A stretch of DNA of 64,000 bases, taken from positions 144,413 to 208,412 of the forward strand of contig CALJTY010000030.1 in NCBI GenBank assembly GCA_937975915.1, given 5' to 3'. Each line of letters begins with the position of its first letter. The stretch's first letter is position 1. The translations under genes and the position numbers were made by a program. This DNA comes from an uncultured Acidimicrobiaceae bacterium (GTDB taxonomy: Bacteria; Actinomycetota; Acidimicrobiia; Acidimicrobiales; RAAP-2). The notes below the pieces were generated by a model. The model saw only the letters and a program-made list of their open reading frames with translations, made no database searches and was not told where the DNA came from. This document shows, piece after piece, positions 48,801-58,379 of the stretch.

Positions 48801-49115
48801 TCGACCAACGTGCACGTAGTTGCGGGACTTGCGCCAGCTGGAGCATTTGCACTCACCGTCAATGGCAAAACGGTCCCAAGATCAACTGCTGAAGGATGGA
48901 CGCCAAAGTACCAAGTGGGCTCAGTGCAGGGTAATGAAAATGTTGAACTAGTTCTTCACCAATTTCCGCTCAATGGTCTCCTTGCGCTATTCACACTAGG
49001 TCTATGGGCCATTGTGTGGCTTGGTTTTGGATGGATCCACCGAGTCGAGTGGCTTTTTAATCGAAGGCATCGTCGAGTTGTTGTAGCTGTTAACGAATCG
49101 GTGGAAAATGAATAA
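45849..49115 (+). CDS. Fusion of a GT2 glycosyltransferase domain (about 300 aa) with a large polytopic membrane domain (about 750 aa)
   Basis: GT2 features VVVTTGPGPGLEVTLASLAAQDY, FGAACN, FCHDDV (DxD) and GEDLDLCWR. Many hydrophobic helices follow, to residue 1088. Confidence 0.8.
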   Translation: MESRAPAVVAVVVTTGPGPGLEVTLASLAAQDYEELSLLVIANGEHDNVTERVAAIAPKAFVRTLDENKGFGAACNEAALMVDGAAFFLFCHDDVRLETNVVQMMVEAAFRTNAGIVTPKVVQYEDPMVLVHVGQTSDRFGVVQERVDPGEIDHGQQDLERDVFVAPGGVTLVRYDLFTTLRGFDPLIPVLGEDLDLCWRAQVAGARVVVAPSAKVAHRQTIATGERTVSAVGTRRRSRQDLQRRHQLMVVATGWGRVTTLLTLPLLAAMDLFEFLIAIFSRDTDRAGAILSSWLWLFNNRKRIRERRRLRGQVQVLSDSELRRLQVGGASRLKRFATTLVREGLDRARGVLPEAENLQESISSGEDSGVGFAAAFSESEEFDEIGESDEISLRRRAGRILTSFRAQATAIIAVGVFWLIATRNLAVMPLPLVGRLAPLDSWWSTWRHFFASWSPNGVGTGSPGMPGYGVLGFAGTFVFGRMGILPRLALIFAIPAGSIGIARLLKNRVSNRARVIASIAYLAMPLGLNMISQGRIDVLLFVAAAPFIVRRLFELLAIPSFRDAAYPAPVQFGLQGWRGTEAGQRTILVMIIALVSAMAPATLIAVIVIFLGVSVARFFESDENASRVRPWRTLLSILGSVSIFLLPLTINVVFAGRRALETFGAARGTWASPSLGSLIRGADGNIGHSWAAWLLPLVGMLSFFVCQGIRRNIASKVAATATLSLILATLSLHHWMGPFTPDVDVLLALYMAMIALLIGLGVSALENDLRQAGFGWRQIFAGFLVSMLVISTAPFLLSSASGRFDLPANSVAQSLSSLAPSNSGSYRVLWLGDPTVLPVAGWSVAPGLAAATTMNGLPSGSTLFTPPDSSTSDVLLADVKLALQGRTVRLGSLLANMGISTIVVMNASSPELAGVQTVPLRPVPNTLSTSLRLQSDLALELKTASVEVYGNTKFTGLISATSNGSSPVPVVANIGIQGHLKMPASTNVHVVAGLAPAGAFALTVNGKTVPRSTAEGWTPKYQVGSVQGNENVELVLHQFPLNGLLALFTLGLWAIVWLGFGWIHRVEWLFNRRHRRVVVAVNESVENE

Positions 49116-50421
49116 TCTTCGTCGTCTGCCGCTCGCTGCAGCTCTTGGCGCAGCTCTCGTCCTCACTGCAATCGTGAGCATGACTTTTACGGGATCTAAT
49201 CCTTCACAGTTCGCATCAGGCGCCCTAGAGGCTTCCAATGCAGAGTCAACTGCGCTGCACTGTTCAGGACTCACATCTAGTTCAGTCACATTTTTTAATA
49301 CAACATCAGAAGCACACAAAATTTCAATTACCTGGATAACAAGCAGTGGAAGCGGTGGAAGCTCGACTTCAAAATTGGCTGCCCACGCACACTGGAGAAT
49401 TTCCGAATTTGGAAAGGGCAGTGTTTTTGCAGTTGAGGCAGAAATAAACGGTGGAGGAGTTGTCGCCAGCGTCGATGGAGCTAACGGTCTGCAGAGTACA
49501 TGCAGTTCAGTTGGAACCACCTCGTGGTACGGAGCTGGTTTTGACACCAAGGTTGGTTCTACTGGTGAGCTGAGTATTTACAATCCAACGGCAACCGCTG
49601 CAGTCTTCAATGTCTCTACCTTCACAGCAAAAGGCTTCAATGCCCCAGCTTCATTCCAGGGACTATCAGTAGGTGCGCACAAACTCTTAGTAGTTGACCT
49701 TGGAACTCGTTTGGTAAACACTACGAACATTGGTGTTCACGTCAAAGTACTTCGTGGATCGCTTGAGATTGTTGGAATTCAAAAATCAGGAAGCATTATT
49801 TCGTACTTCCCTGGACAGAATCAACCAAATGTGCAGAACTGGTTCCCACTTGTCACAACAGAGAATAAAGCTGCGGCACAACTTCGCTTCGCAAATCCAA
49901 GTGCAAATCCTATTTCTGTCACTGTAAAAATAAGCTTGCCACCATATTCCGTACAGCCACAAACCGTTATCGTGGCCCCATTCAATGTTGAGTCAATAAC
50001 AATTACCCCTAACACGGCCATTCCGGCGAATGGTTTTGCCTTTGTTAGCTCTTCATCGAGTTCGCCTTTGCTGACAACACTCGCTCTTGGAACTTCAAAA
50101 GGAATAATGCTGAACGCACCTGCATCACCAGCGTCGTCACTTCTGATGGCGAACTTCAATGCCTCGCCAGTTTCACGAGTTGTAATCACGAATGTTTCTA
50201 AGCAAAATGTGGTTGTAAATTCGTCCCCGCTACCTGGATCACAGTCAACTTCGAGAACTTCAAAGATTTCGTTGAAGGCCGGCGAAACGGTTCAGGTGAA
50301 TTTGCTCAATGAGCAGTCCGGTCAGATCTTCAGCACAGAGAGAAACGTGCTGCTGGTAACAGCCGCCTTTACAACGACGCCTGCGGGAACCGCGTTGCTC
50401 TCAAACTTAAACAGTAGGTAA
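49108..50421 (+). CDS. Secreted beta-rich protein, DUF5719-like
   Basis: Signal peptide MNNLRRLPLAAALGAALVLTAIV. Ser/Thr/Asn-rich, beta-strand-like sequence. Overlaps the GT2-membrane gene by 8 nt. The family assignment comes from remembered synteny only. Confidence 0.45.
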   Translation: MNNLRRLPLAAALGAALVLTAIVSMTFTGSNPSQFASGALEASNAESTALHCSGLTSSSVTFFNTTSEAHKISITWITSSGSGGSSTSKLAAHAHWRISEFGKGSVFAVEAEINGGGVVASVDGANGLQSTCSSVGTTSWYGAGFDTKVGSTGELSIYNPTATAAVFNVSTFTAKGFNAPASFQGLSVGAHKLLVVDLGTRLVNTTNIGVHVKVLRGSLEIVGIQKSGSIISYFPGQNQPNVQNWFPLVTTENKAAAQLRFANPSANPISVTVKISLPPYSVQPQTVIVAPFNVESITITPNTAIPANGFAFVSSSSSSPLLTTLALGTSKGIMLNAPASPASSLLMANFNASPVSRVVITNVSKQNVVVNSSPLPGSQSTSRTSKISLKAGETVQVNLLNEQSGQIFSTERNVLLVTAAFTTTPAGTALLSNLNSR

Positions 50422-52428
50422 CGTTGGTGGGTCCCAGTTAGGGGACGGTGCAACTTCCTTGGCTTCAGTCGTAACCTTTGTCGTTCCGATGCCACTGAGT
50501 GCACTTACAGTTTTAGTTCCACTTGGCCACACTGGCTCACCGTGAGCTTCATCGATCAATTTTGCGGCAGTATCACCGTCAATTGTTTCGTGTTCTAGAA
50601 GTGAGCGTGTAAGAGCTTCGAGGCCTCTGCGGTGAAGTGTCAATACCTCGATTGCTCGGGCCTCTTGTTCACGCAAGATCCGTTCAACTTCATCGTCAAC
50701 GATTTCTGCAGTGTGCTCTGAGTAGTCTTTGGTCGACATAAGTCCGTCACCGAGGAAAACCTGCTGGTGTCCACCCCAGGCCATTGGCCCAATTTCCTTA
50801 GACATTCCCCATTCGGTAACCATGCGTCGCGCGAGCTCAGTGTTGCGCTGTAGGTCATCTGCAGCACCTGTTGAAAGGTCGCCGTAGACCAAAAGCTCGG
50901 CCACTCTTCCACCCATGCGCATGCAGAGAGAGTCTTCGAGGTGGTTGCGTCCCATGATGTGGCGGTCTTCTTCAGGAAGGGTCATCGTTACTCCGAGAGC
51001 CATTCCACGAGGAATAATCGTGATCTTGTGCAGTGGGTCAGTCTTTTCGAGAACATAAGCAAGCAGTGCGTGGCCACTTTCGTGAAACGCAATACGCTCG
51101 CGCTCATCATCTTGTAGAACCATTGAATCGCGCTGGGCTCCCATGAGAACACGGTCACGTGCGGATTCAAAGTCCTGCATGTTGATTGTTTTTGAGTCTC
51201 GTCGAACGGCGTGAAGCGCTGATTCATTTACGAGGTTTGCCAGGTCAGCACCACTCATTCCTGGAGTTCCACGAGCCACCATAGAAAGGTCAACTGATCC
51301 GTCCAGTGGCTTGTCCTTTGAGTGCACTTGAAGAATAGGAAGACGTTCATCAAGGTCGGGGAGAGGAACGACGATCTGACGGTCGAATCTACCTGGACGA
51401 AGAAGTGCTGGGTCTAGAACGTCTGGACGGTTTGTTGCCGCCATAACAACGATGCCGACAGTTGGATCGAATCCATCCATCTCGCTCAGCATTTGATTAA
51501 GCGTTTGTTCGCGCTCATCGTGCCCACCACCAACGCCAGCGCCACGCTTGCGGCCGATGGAGTCGATTTCGTCAACGAAAATAATTGCTGGAGCTGCCTT
51601 GCGTGCTGTTGCGAAGAGGTCGCGAACACGTGATGCTCCTACACCGACAAACATCTCCATGAAGTCAGAACCTGAAACTGAGAAGAATGGAACTCCTGCT
51701 TCTCCGGCAACAGCGCGAGCGAGCATGGTCTTCCCGGTTCCGGGAGGGCCAACGAGCAAAATTCCCTTTGGGATCAATGCACCAATTGCCTTATAGCGAT
51801 CTGGGAACTTCAAAAATTCGACGACTTCACTGATTTCTTGCTTCACGCCAAGGTAGCCAGCCACGTCGGCGAACGTCGTTGCAGGGCGGTCCTTGTTGAA
51901 CTGCTTTGCCTTGGACTTACCAACGGACATCATTCCGTTCATTTGTCCTTTGGCTTGGCGGCTTGCGAAGAACATAAAGCCACCGAAAATGATTATCCAA
52001 ATGAGGTAGGGCGCGAACGTTGCGAGGAAACCATTGGAGTTAACGAATACAACGGCCACGTTGTTTGTACGTAGTGTTTCAATTTCAGTTGACAGAACTG
52101 GAATTGGTCCATTCGTCCTGTAATTGGTGCCATTAGTGAGTTGCCCAGTAATAACTCCATTGGTGTTATTTACATTTGCGGAAACCACTTCAGAGCGACT
52201 TGCACTTTGAAGCAACTTTGAATAGTCAATTGTCTTTACTTGCTTGTTCGAAAAGAATGAAGGGATAATCAAGATGCCCAGGATGAAGATCACCATTGCA
52301 ATGGTGATGAATCGCCTACGTGAATCAGGCGTCATTGGCTTCTTGCCCTTAGGCATGAGCTTTGATAGTCCAGTTTTTTCTTTTTCAGGTGTGGTCACGC
52401 CTTCCAATCTAGAGGTCATTTGTGACAT
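50407..52428 (-). CDS. ftsH: ATP-dependent zinc metalloprotease FtsH
   Basis: Walker A GPPGTGKT, Walker [13 protein letters not shown] region, and zinc site HESGHAL. Two N-terminal TM helices. Confidence 0.97.
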   Translation of the reverse strand: MSQMTSRLEGVTTPEKEKTGLSKLMPKGKKPMTPDSRRRFITIAMVIFILGILIIPSFFSNKQVKTIDYSKLLQSASRSEVVSANVNNTNGVITGQLTNGTNYRTNGPIPVLSTEIETLRTNNVAVVFVNSNGFLATFAPYLIWIIIFGGFMFFASRQAKGQMNGMMSVGKSKAKQFNKDRPATTFADVAGYLGVKQEISEVVEFLKFPDRYKAIGALIPKGILLVGPPGTGKTMLARAVAGEAGVPFFSVSGSDFMEMFVGVGASRVRDLFATARKAAPAIIFVDEIDSIGRKRGAGVGGGHDEREQTLNQMLSEMDGFDPTVGIVVMAATNRPDVLDPALLRPGRFDRQIVVPLPDLDERLPILQVHSKDKPLDGSVDLSMVARGTPGMSGADLANLVNESALHAVRRDSKTINMQDFESARDRVLMGAQRDSMVLQDDERERIAFHESGHALLAYVLEKTDPLHKITIIPRGMALGVTMTLPEEDRHIMGRNHLEDSLCMRMGGRVAELLVYGDLSTGAADDLQRNTELARRMVTEWGMSKEIGPMAWGGHQQVFLGDGLMSTKDYSEHTAEIVDDEVERILREQEARAIEVLTLHRRGLEALTRSLLEHETIDGDTAAKLIDEAHGEPVWPSGTKTVSALSGIGTTKVTTEAKEVAPSPNWDPPTLPTV

Positions 52429-52475
52429 TCGATTTGGCCCTGTGCATAACTCCAGACTTGTTAGCGTTGTGAGAT

Positions 52476-53225
52476 ATGACTACTGGGCCAACAAAGGAAA
52501 ATAACGCTAATCCCCGCGTTATTACGATTTTGCTGGCCTGTCTCGTTGGCTTCGTCGCTGGCCAGTTGCTTGTGACATTGTTTGCCAGCATCCTCAACGC
52601 GACTCTTCACTTTCCAGGCGGTTTTAGCGCTCTGGTGAAGTCTCCGAAACCGCCGTACTGGTTCACTTTGTGTGGTCTGGTGGGGCTCTGGTGCGGATTT
52701 GGGGCAACAGTGCTCTACGCAAAGTTCTCTGCAGGGCTCTCACTTCCAAGGAGTTTGTTTGTTTTAAAAGCATCAGATGGAATCTACGTAGTACTAGGTA
52801 TTGCGAGCCAGTTACTAATTGATGCTGCGTATTGGCCATTTCATTTTAAAAACATGAATAAACCTGTTGAACACATCTTTGGATCTGTTCATGGTTCGAT
52901 GTTTGTACTTCTTGCTCTTATGACGACATTCGCGGCGCCATTGGTTGAAGAACTTCTTTTTCGAGGTGTGGTGTTTCGATCACTCGACGCCACATTCTCA
53001 AATGTGTCTCAGAAGTTTGGCTCCTACGCCGCAATGGCGATTAGTGCGTTTATTTTTGCAATTGCTCACGCCGAGCTGCTTCAATTCGCTGGTCTCTTTG
53101 CACTTGGAATGGTGCTTTCATACATTGTCAAAAAAACCAGCCGACTCACTCCAAGTATTTTGACGCACATGTCTTTTAACGCCGTTGCTTTAGTGGGCTT
53201 GCTCCTTCAGAGGTCAGGTCACTAG
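52476..53225 (+). CDS. CPBP-family intramembrane glutamic endopeptidase
   Basis: EELLFRG, FAIAHAE and HMSFN motifs in a polytopic protein. Confidence 0.8.
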   Translation: MTTGPTKENNANPRVITILLACLVGFVAGQLLVTLFASILNATLHFPGGFSALVKSPKPPYWFTLCGLVGLWCGFGATVLYAKFSAGLSLPRSLFVLKASDGIYVVLGIASQLLIDAAYWPFHFKNMNKPVEHIFGSVHGSMFVLLALMTTFAAPLVEELLFRGVVFRSLDATFSNVSQKFGSYAAMAISAFIFAIAHAELLQFAGLFALGMVLSYIVKKTSRLTPSILTHMSFNAVALVGLLLQRSGH

Positions 53226-55570
53226 TGGTGAAACAGCTACGTGATTTCTTTACACCGGTGCGAGTGCTTGAAAGTGTTGTCGTGCTCATGGTTATTTTTG
53301 TCACCGTTTGGACAATGCATCCATCACTCATCTTTTCTACTTCAACAGTTACTGGTGGCGACACTGGAGCGCACTTGGCGTTACCAGCTTTTTTGAAGTC
53401 ACAGGGGAGCTTGCTGCATCTAACACCTTGGTATCCAGGTTGGTTTAATGGAATGCCGGCCTACACCTATTACTTTGTCTTGCCTGATTACTTCGCCGTG
53501 CTTGCAAGTTACGTAATTAATTTTGCAATTGCCTTCAAGCTTGTAACGATTCTTGGCTCAGTGTTAATGCCTATTGCTGCATTCATCATGGCCAAGTTAT
53601 TTAGGGCTCCACGACCAGTGCCTGCCGCACTCGCGGTCGCGACGCTGCCCTTCTTATTTGATGCTTCGTTCACCATTGATGGGGGAAACCTCTTTTCAAC
53701 AATGGCCGGTGAGTACGCGTTTTCTTTGTCCCTCGCTCTGTCACTACTAACAATTGGTTTCTTTGCCAAAGGAGTCAGGACTGGCCGAGGGTACTGGAAA
53801 GCAGCCACTGCCCTGAGTGCCACTATGGCTTCTCACGTATTGCCCTGGTTCTTCTGTGTTGCAGCCATTGCAGTCCTTGTTATTTTTGAATTACTTGCTC
53901 GAAGAGGGTTAGGCGCAAAAGAAGAAGATGCCATTGTGCCCGGCGACTTCGCTAGGCCAGTTCGATTCTCATTCTGGGCGGGACTACTTTCACTGCTGAT
54001 TTCTGCTTGGTGGTTAGTGCCATTTTTAACTTCGCAGGCCTACGCGAATTCAATGGGCTACGTGAATGACAACGTCAGCTCTCTTCATGAAATCTTTAGC
54101 CACCTGGGTTGGTTTACGTCCACCGGTGCGCCAGCAGGCGACCGGTGGGTGATCATTATCGCCGCAGTTGCATTCGTTGTTGCATTTATTGTCAGAGACC
54201 GACTCGGAATGATCCTTTCAACACTTGCTGGCGTTTCACTTCTTGGATTTATCTTTGATCCACAGAGTGTCATCTGGAATGAACGAATTGTTCCGTTCTG
54301 GTTTCTAACGATTCACTTAAGTGCCGGCTGGCTTTTTGGTTATCTGCTTTCTAAGTGGATTGAACGAAAGCCGAAACTACGCATCTCCAGCGACATTAGC
54401 GAAGAAGAGATTGAAGAACTAGAAATTGATCATTTCGATGATGGTCAAGAGCGAACCATCAGAAGGACGCTTAACGCTACGTTGCTGGTTGCTCTGCTCG
54501 GACTTGGCACAACGCTTCCAGGACTAATTGCGCCTGTTGCTTCTGCACTTCATCTCAATGTTTCGGGTAATCAAGTTGGCGTATGGGCCCAGTGGAACTA
54601 TTCGGGGTACCAAGCGAAGTCTGGCTGGAATGAATACCAGGACATCATGACAACAATGAAGTCAGTTTCTGCTGAGTATGGATGCGGTAATGCAATGTGG
54701 GAATACGCATCGGGAGAAGATCGCTTCGGAACACCTGAGGCACTCATGCTCTTGCCGTATTGGACAGATAACTGTGTTGGTTCAATGGAAGGTCTGTTCT
54801 TTGAAACCTCCGCAACAACGCCGTATCACTTCATTAACCAATCAGAGCTGAGCGTTGCACCAAGCAACGCTCAGGTTGGACTTAACTACGGATCCGTGAA
54901 TGTTGCTCTCGGTGTGCAGCACTTACAAATGCTTGGTGTGAAGTACTACATGGCCTTTTCACCAACCATCATTGCGCAGGCGAGCGTTAATCCTTCTCTG
55001 AAGTTGATCGCGACTACTAAGTCCTGGCCATCACCAGGTGTGAAGTGGAGCATTTATCTCATCAAGGACAGTCCGGTTGTGCAGTCGCTTGTAACCTCAC
55101 CCGTAGTTGTTGAAAACATTGCAGGTCGTACGCAGTGGCTGGACGCCAGTCAACAGTGGTACAACACACCACTGCTTTGGGGGCAACTAATTGCTAGCAG
55201 CGGTCCAAGTAACTGGCCGCGAGTGAAATCCATGAGTTCACTGCCGGCAATTTCGAATGGTAAGTCAGTGACGCCTACGACCGTTAGCAATGTCGTGCAA
55301 ACGTCACAGTCAATTTCATTCCACGTGAGCAAGATTGGTACACCGGTACTCGTGAAGATTTCATACTTCCCGCGTTGGCATGCAACTGGAGCCACGGGGC
55401 CGTTCCGAGTAAGCCCCAATGAGATGGTTGTGATACCAACATCACATGATGTTTCGCTCGTCTATGGTCAACGAACCGAACTTGGTGCAGTGCTCACGGG
55501 CATAACGATTTTTACTGGACTGGCGAGTGCATTTATTCGTTCAAGATGGCGTCGTAAGTCATCCAAGTAG
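53225..55570 (+). CDS. Large polytopic membrane protein (781 aa), possibly GT-C-like glycosyltransferase
   Basis: About 10 N-terminal TM helices with a first-loop GGDTGAH...PWYPGWFNGMPAYTYYF motif. A large extracytoplasmic C-domain and a terminal TM helix follow. Function is inferred from architecture and context only. Confidence 0.45.
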   Translation: MVKQLRDFFTPVRVLESVVVLMVIFVTVWTMHPSLIFSTSTVTGGDTGAHLALPAFLKSQGSLLHLTPWYPGWFNGMPAYTYYFVLPDYFAVLASYVINFAIAFKLVTILGSVLMPIAAFIMAKLFRAPRPVPAALAVATLPFLFDASFTIDGGNLFSTMAGEYAFSLSLALSLLTIGFFAKGVRTGRGYWKAATALSATMASHVLPWFFCVAAIAVLVIFELLARRGLGAKEEDAIVPGDFARPVRFSFWAGLLSLLISAWWLVPFLTSQAYANSMGYVNDNVSSLHEIFSHLGWFTSTGAPAGDRWVIIIAAVAFVVAFIVRDRLGMILSTLAGVSLLGFIFDPQSVIWNERIVPFWFLTIHLSAGWLFGYLLSKWIERKPKLRISSDISEEEIEELEIDHFDDGQERTIRRTLNATLLVALLGLGTTLPGLIAPVASALHLNVSGNQVGVWAQWNYSGYQAKSGWNEYQDIMTTMKSVSAEYGCGNAMWEYASGEDRFGTPEALMLLPYWTDNCVGSMEGLFFETSATTPYHFINQSELSVAPSNAQVGLNYGSVNVALGVQHLQMLGVKYYMAFSPTIIAQASVNPSLKLIATTKSWPSPGVKWSIYLIKDSPVVQSLVTSPVVVENIAGRTQWLDASQQWYNTPLLWGQLIASSGPSNWPRVKSMSSLPAISNGKSVTPTTVSNVVQTSQSISFHVSKIGTPVLVKISYFPRWHATGATGPFRVSPNEMVVIPTSHDVSLVYGQRTELGAVLTGITIFTGLASAFIRSRWRRKSSK

Positions 55571-55581
55571 AGTGTTAAGTC

Positions 55582-56928
55582 GTGGACACGACGAAAATCT
55601 TCAAGGCGTATGACGTTCGAGGAACTTACCCGGACCAATTAAACGACCGCTTGGCTCGAGCCATTGGCTCAGCATTCGCGAAGTTCGTTAATTCACCACG
55701 CATTGTTATTGCACGCGACATGCGCCCATCTGGTGTGACCATGTGCGCTGCCTTTGCTGAAGGGGCGAGAAGCATGGGGGTCGAAGTGATTGACCTTGGA
55801 CTTGCTTCGACGGACTTTCTATATTTCGCAGCTGGCCACTTGGACGCCCCAGGCGCCATGTTCACTGCTTCGCACAACCCAGCCCAGTACAACGGCATCA
55901 AAATGTGTCTAGCTGGCGCTAAGCCAATTGGCGTTGAGAGTGGGCTCGTTGAGATTGAGGCTTGGGCTAATGAGTTCTACGAGACTCCAGCTACGGGCGC
56001 ACTTGCTTCATATAGCGAACTCGATTTGATGGGTGAGTGGGTGAAGCACGTTCTTTCATTCGCCGATAGTTCAAAATTCCGCCCACTCAAAATTGTGGCT
56101 GATACCGCAAACGGAATGGGTGGTTTTATTGCTCCAAAGATTTTTGCCGGCCTGCCATTTGATGTCGAAATCATCTACGAAGAGCTTGATGGAACCTTCC
56201 CTAATCACCCGGCTGATCCACTTGACGCAAAAAACCTCGTTGACTTACAAAAGCGCGTGCTCGAAGTGGGCGCAGACATTGGACTCGCTTTTGATGGTGA
56301 CGCAGACCGCGTTTTCTTGATCGATGAAAAGGCGCAACCAATCTCTGGTTCAACAACCACAGCAATGGTTGCTGCAGCGATGCTGAGGAAGAATCCAGGC
56401 GCCACAATCCTCTATAACTTGATCTGTTCAAAGTCGGTTCCAGCCGTTATCGCTGAAGGTGGTGGAAAAGCTGTGAGGACTCGCGTGGGTCACAGTTACA
56501 TCAAGCAACAAATGGCTGAAACTGGTGCAGTATTCGGAGGGGAACACTCGGGTCACTATTACTACCGCGACAATTACCGTGCAGATTCAGGCATCATCAC
56601 GGCAATGGTTGTGTTGCAACTACTCAGTGAGTCCGACCTCGCGCTCTCTGAGTTAGTCGCCCCCTTCAACCGCTTCGCCGCTTCTGGGGAAATCAACACC
56701 GTGGTTGCCAGCCCAGCTAACAGCGTGGCAGTAATTGCGCAGAAGCTAAAGGAACAGGGCGTTAACGTTGACATGCTTGACGGAATGACTGCAGATTACG
56801 GAACATGGTGGTTCAATTTACGTCCATCAAATACTGAGCCCCTGCTACGCCTTAATGTTGAAGCACCGAATGAAAAAGAATGTCAACAGCGTGTTGACGA
56901 AGTTCTACAAATGATTAAAGAGGTTTGA
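55582..56928 (+). CDS. manB: Phosphomannomutase/phosphoglucomutase
   Basis: Active-site TASHNPAQYNGIK, metal loop FDGDADRVF, and sugar loop GGEHSGH. GTG start. Confidence 0.9.
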   Translation: MDTTKIFKAYDVRGTYPDQLNDRLARAIGSAFAKFVNSPRIVIARDMRPSGVTMCAAFAEGARSMGVEVIDLGLASTDFLYFAAGHLDAPGAMFTASHNPAQYNGIKMCLAGAKPIGVESGLVEIEAWANEFYETPATGALASYSELDLMGEWVKHVLSFADSSKFRPLKIVADTANGMGGFIAPKIFAGLPFDVEIIYEELDGTFPNHPADPLDAKNLVDLQKRVLEVGADIGLAFDGDADRVFLIDEKAQPISGSTTTAMVAAAMLRKNPGATILYNLICSKSVPAVIAEGGGKAVRTRVGHSYIKQQMAETGAVFGGEHSGHYYYRDNYRADSGIITAMVVLQLLSESDLALSELVAPFNRFAASGEINTVVASPANSVAVIAQKLKEQGVNVDMLDGMTADYGTWWFNLRPSNTEPLLRLNVEAPNEKECQQRVDEVLQMIKEV

Positions 56929-56931
56929 CCA

Positions 56932-57156
56932 ATGGCACTAGATAGTTTCCTTCTTGAAGTACTTGAAGACCCAACTGACCACGGAACACTTCTTTACATT
57001 GAGAGCGCCAGTGTTCTTTACAACCCACGCAAAAAGATTGCTTATGAAGTGCGCGGAGCGATTCCAGTGCTGCTTCCTGACGAATCTCGCCCAGCAACTG
57101 ATGCAGAGGACAACGCGTGGACCAGCGACGCCACTGGCGTTACAACTGGTCGTTAG
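56932..57156 (+). CDS. Trm112-family small protein
   Basis: 74 aa. LLEVLEDP...YEVRGAIPVLLPDESR matches the Trm112p-like pattern, with the Zn-knuckle cysteines lost. Confidence 0.7.
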   Translation: MALDSFLLEVLEDPTDHGTLLYIESASVLYNPRKKIAYEVRGAIPVLLPDESRPATDAEDNAWTSDATGVTTGR

Positions 57157-58379
57157 TTCTTCGTTACCTTTAGTGGGACCGTCTTCGGGCCCCAAATAGC
57201 CAGACGTCCGTGCTTCCATGTTGGTGAAGCATCCGGTGCAACTTCTGACCACGTTTCTACAAAAACCTGCAAAGCCTCTTGAAGTTCTGCGCGAGCAAGA
57301 GCTGCACCCAGACAGTGGTGAATGCCGCTCGAGAAGGTCAAGTGGTTCCGCGCATCAGACCTGGTGACGTCAAAGTCATCAGCAGTGTCAAATTCACTAG
57401 CGTCACGATTCGCTGACGAAAGAGAGAACGTAATTAATTGACCGGGTGAGAAAATGACATCACGGTATTCGAACTCTTCAGCGACTTGGCGAATAACGGT
57501 GCGAATTGGATTCACGTAACGAAGAGATTCTTCAACAGTGTTAGCAATCAACTCGTTATCGTTTCGAAGTTGACTCCAGGTTTCTGGACGCTCCGCCAGA
57601 AGTGAAATCATGATGCCGAGCTGGTTCCTTGTGGTGTCAGTTCCTGCAGCAATCATTCCTTGCACCAGGCCGACGAGCTCGTCAGTTGAGAGTCGGTCGC
57701 CCTCTTCTTCAACTTGGATCAGGGCACTGAGGAGATCGTTACCGAGATTGGCTCTGCGCTCTTCGATGAGGTTGAGACAGTAGGTACGAAAGTCACCCAT
57801 GGCGTCAACGAATTCCTGTTCACGTCCAATGATGAGGGGAGACCATCTAATGAAGAGCAGATCTGCCCAGTAGCTAAAGAGGTCCCAGTCTTTTTCTGCG
57901 ACACCAACTTGGTGACAAATAACAGCAATTGGGTACTCATTAAAGGCTGCTTGAAACTCAAATGATGTCGAGTCTCCAGATTCGTGAACTTTTCCGAGGA
58001 CGTTTTGCACGTAGTCACGCATGAATGGACGGAGCTCATCAATAGCTTTTGCGGAGAACGGGCGAGCAACGAGTCTGCGAAGGCGATTGTGATCTTCGCC
58101 CTCAGCGCTCAAAATTCCATTGCTGTCATCGAGCTGGTCTAGGGCCGTGCCCGTTCCAGCAATCAGCTTTCCAACGAGTTGTGATGCTTGGTGAAGGCGA
58201 CGTTCACGCAGTAATGAAATTGAATCATCGTGCGTTACGACGCTGTAGCCAAAACTGGTTTTTCCAATCCAGTTTTGGCTACGTTGCCGTGCAACTTCTT
58301 CGAGGTATTCCTCGCGTGAAGGGTTGTCGCTTAAGTCTTTGGCTTCAGCTAGGGCTAAATCCTCGACCCGCGTTGCCAT
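57153..58379 (-). CDS. Cytochrome P450
   Basis: Haem loop FSSGIHHCLGAALAR, I-helix AAGTDTT, and ExxR (EESLRY). Confidence 0.9.
   Translation of the reverse strand: MATRVEDLALAEAKDLSDNPSREEYLEEVARQRSQNWIGKTSFGYSVVTHDDSISLLRERRLHQASQLVGKLIAGTGTALDQLDDSNGILSAEGEDHNRLRRLVARPFSAKAIDELRPFMRDYVQNVLGKVHESGDSTSFEFQAAFNEYPIAVICHQVGVAEKDWDLFSYWADLLFIRWSPLIIGREQEFVDAMGDFRTYCLNLIEERRANLGNDLLSALIQVEEEGDRLSTDELVGLVQGMIAAGTDTTRNQLGIMISLLAERPETWSQLRNDNELIANTVEESLRYVNPIRTVIRQVAEEFEYRDVIFSPGQLITFSLSSANRDASEFDTADDFDVTRSDARNHLTFSSGIHHCLGAALARAELQEALQVFVETWSEVAPDASPTWKHGRLAIWGPKTVPLKVTKN

Noticed and set aside
50407-50421. Convergent 3'-end overlaps: 15 nt between ftsH and the DUF5719-like gene, 8 nt at 2890-2897, 4 nt at 57153-57156 and 4 nt at 36091-36094.
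   Set aside because: They are consistent with a compact genome and shared palindromic stop contexts such as CTAG. Nothing indicates a specific regulatory role.
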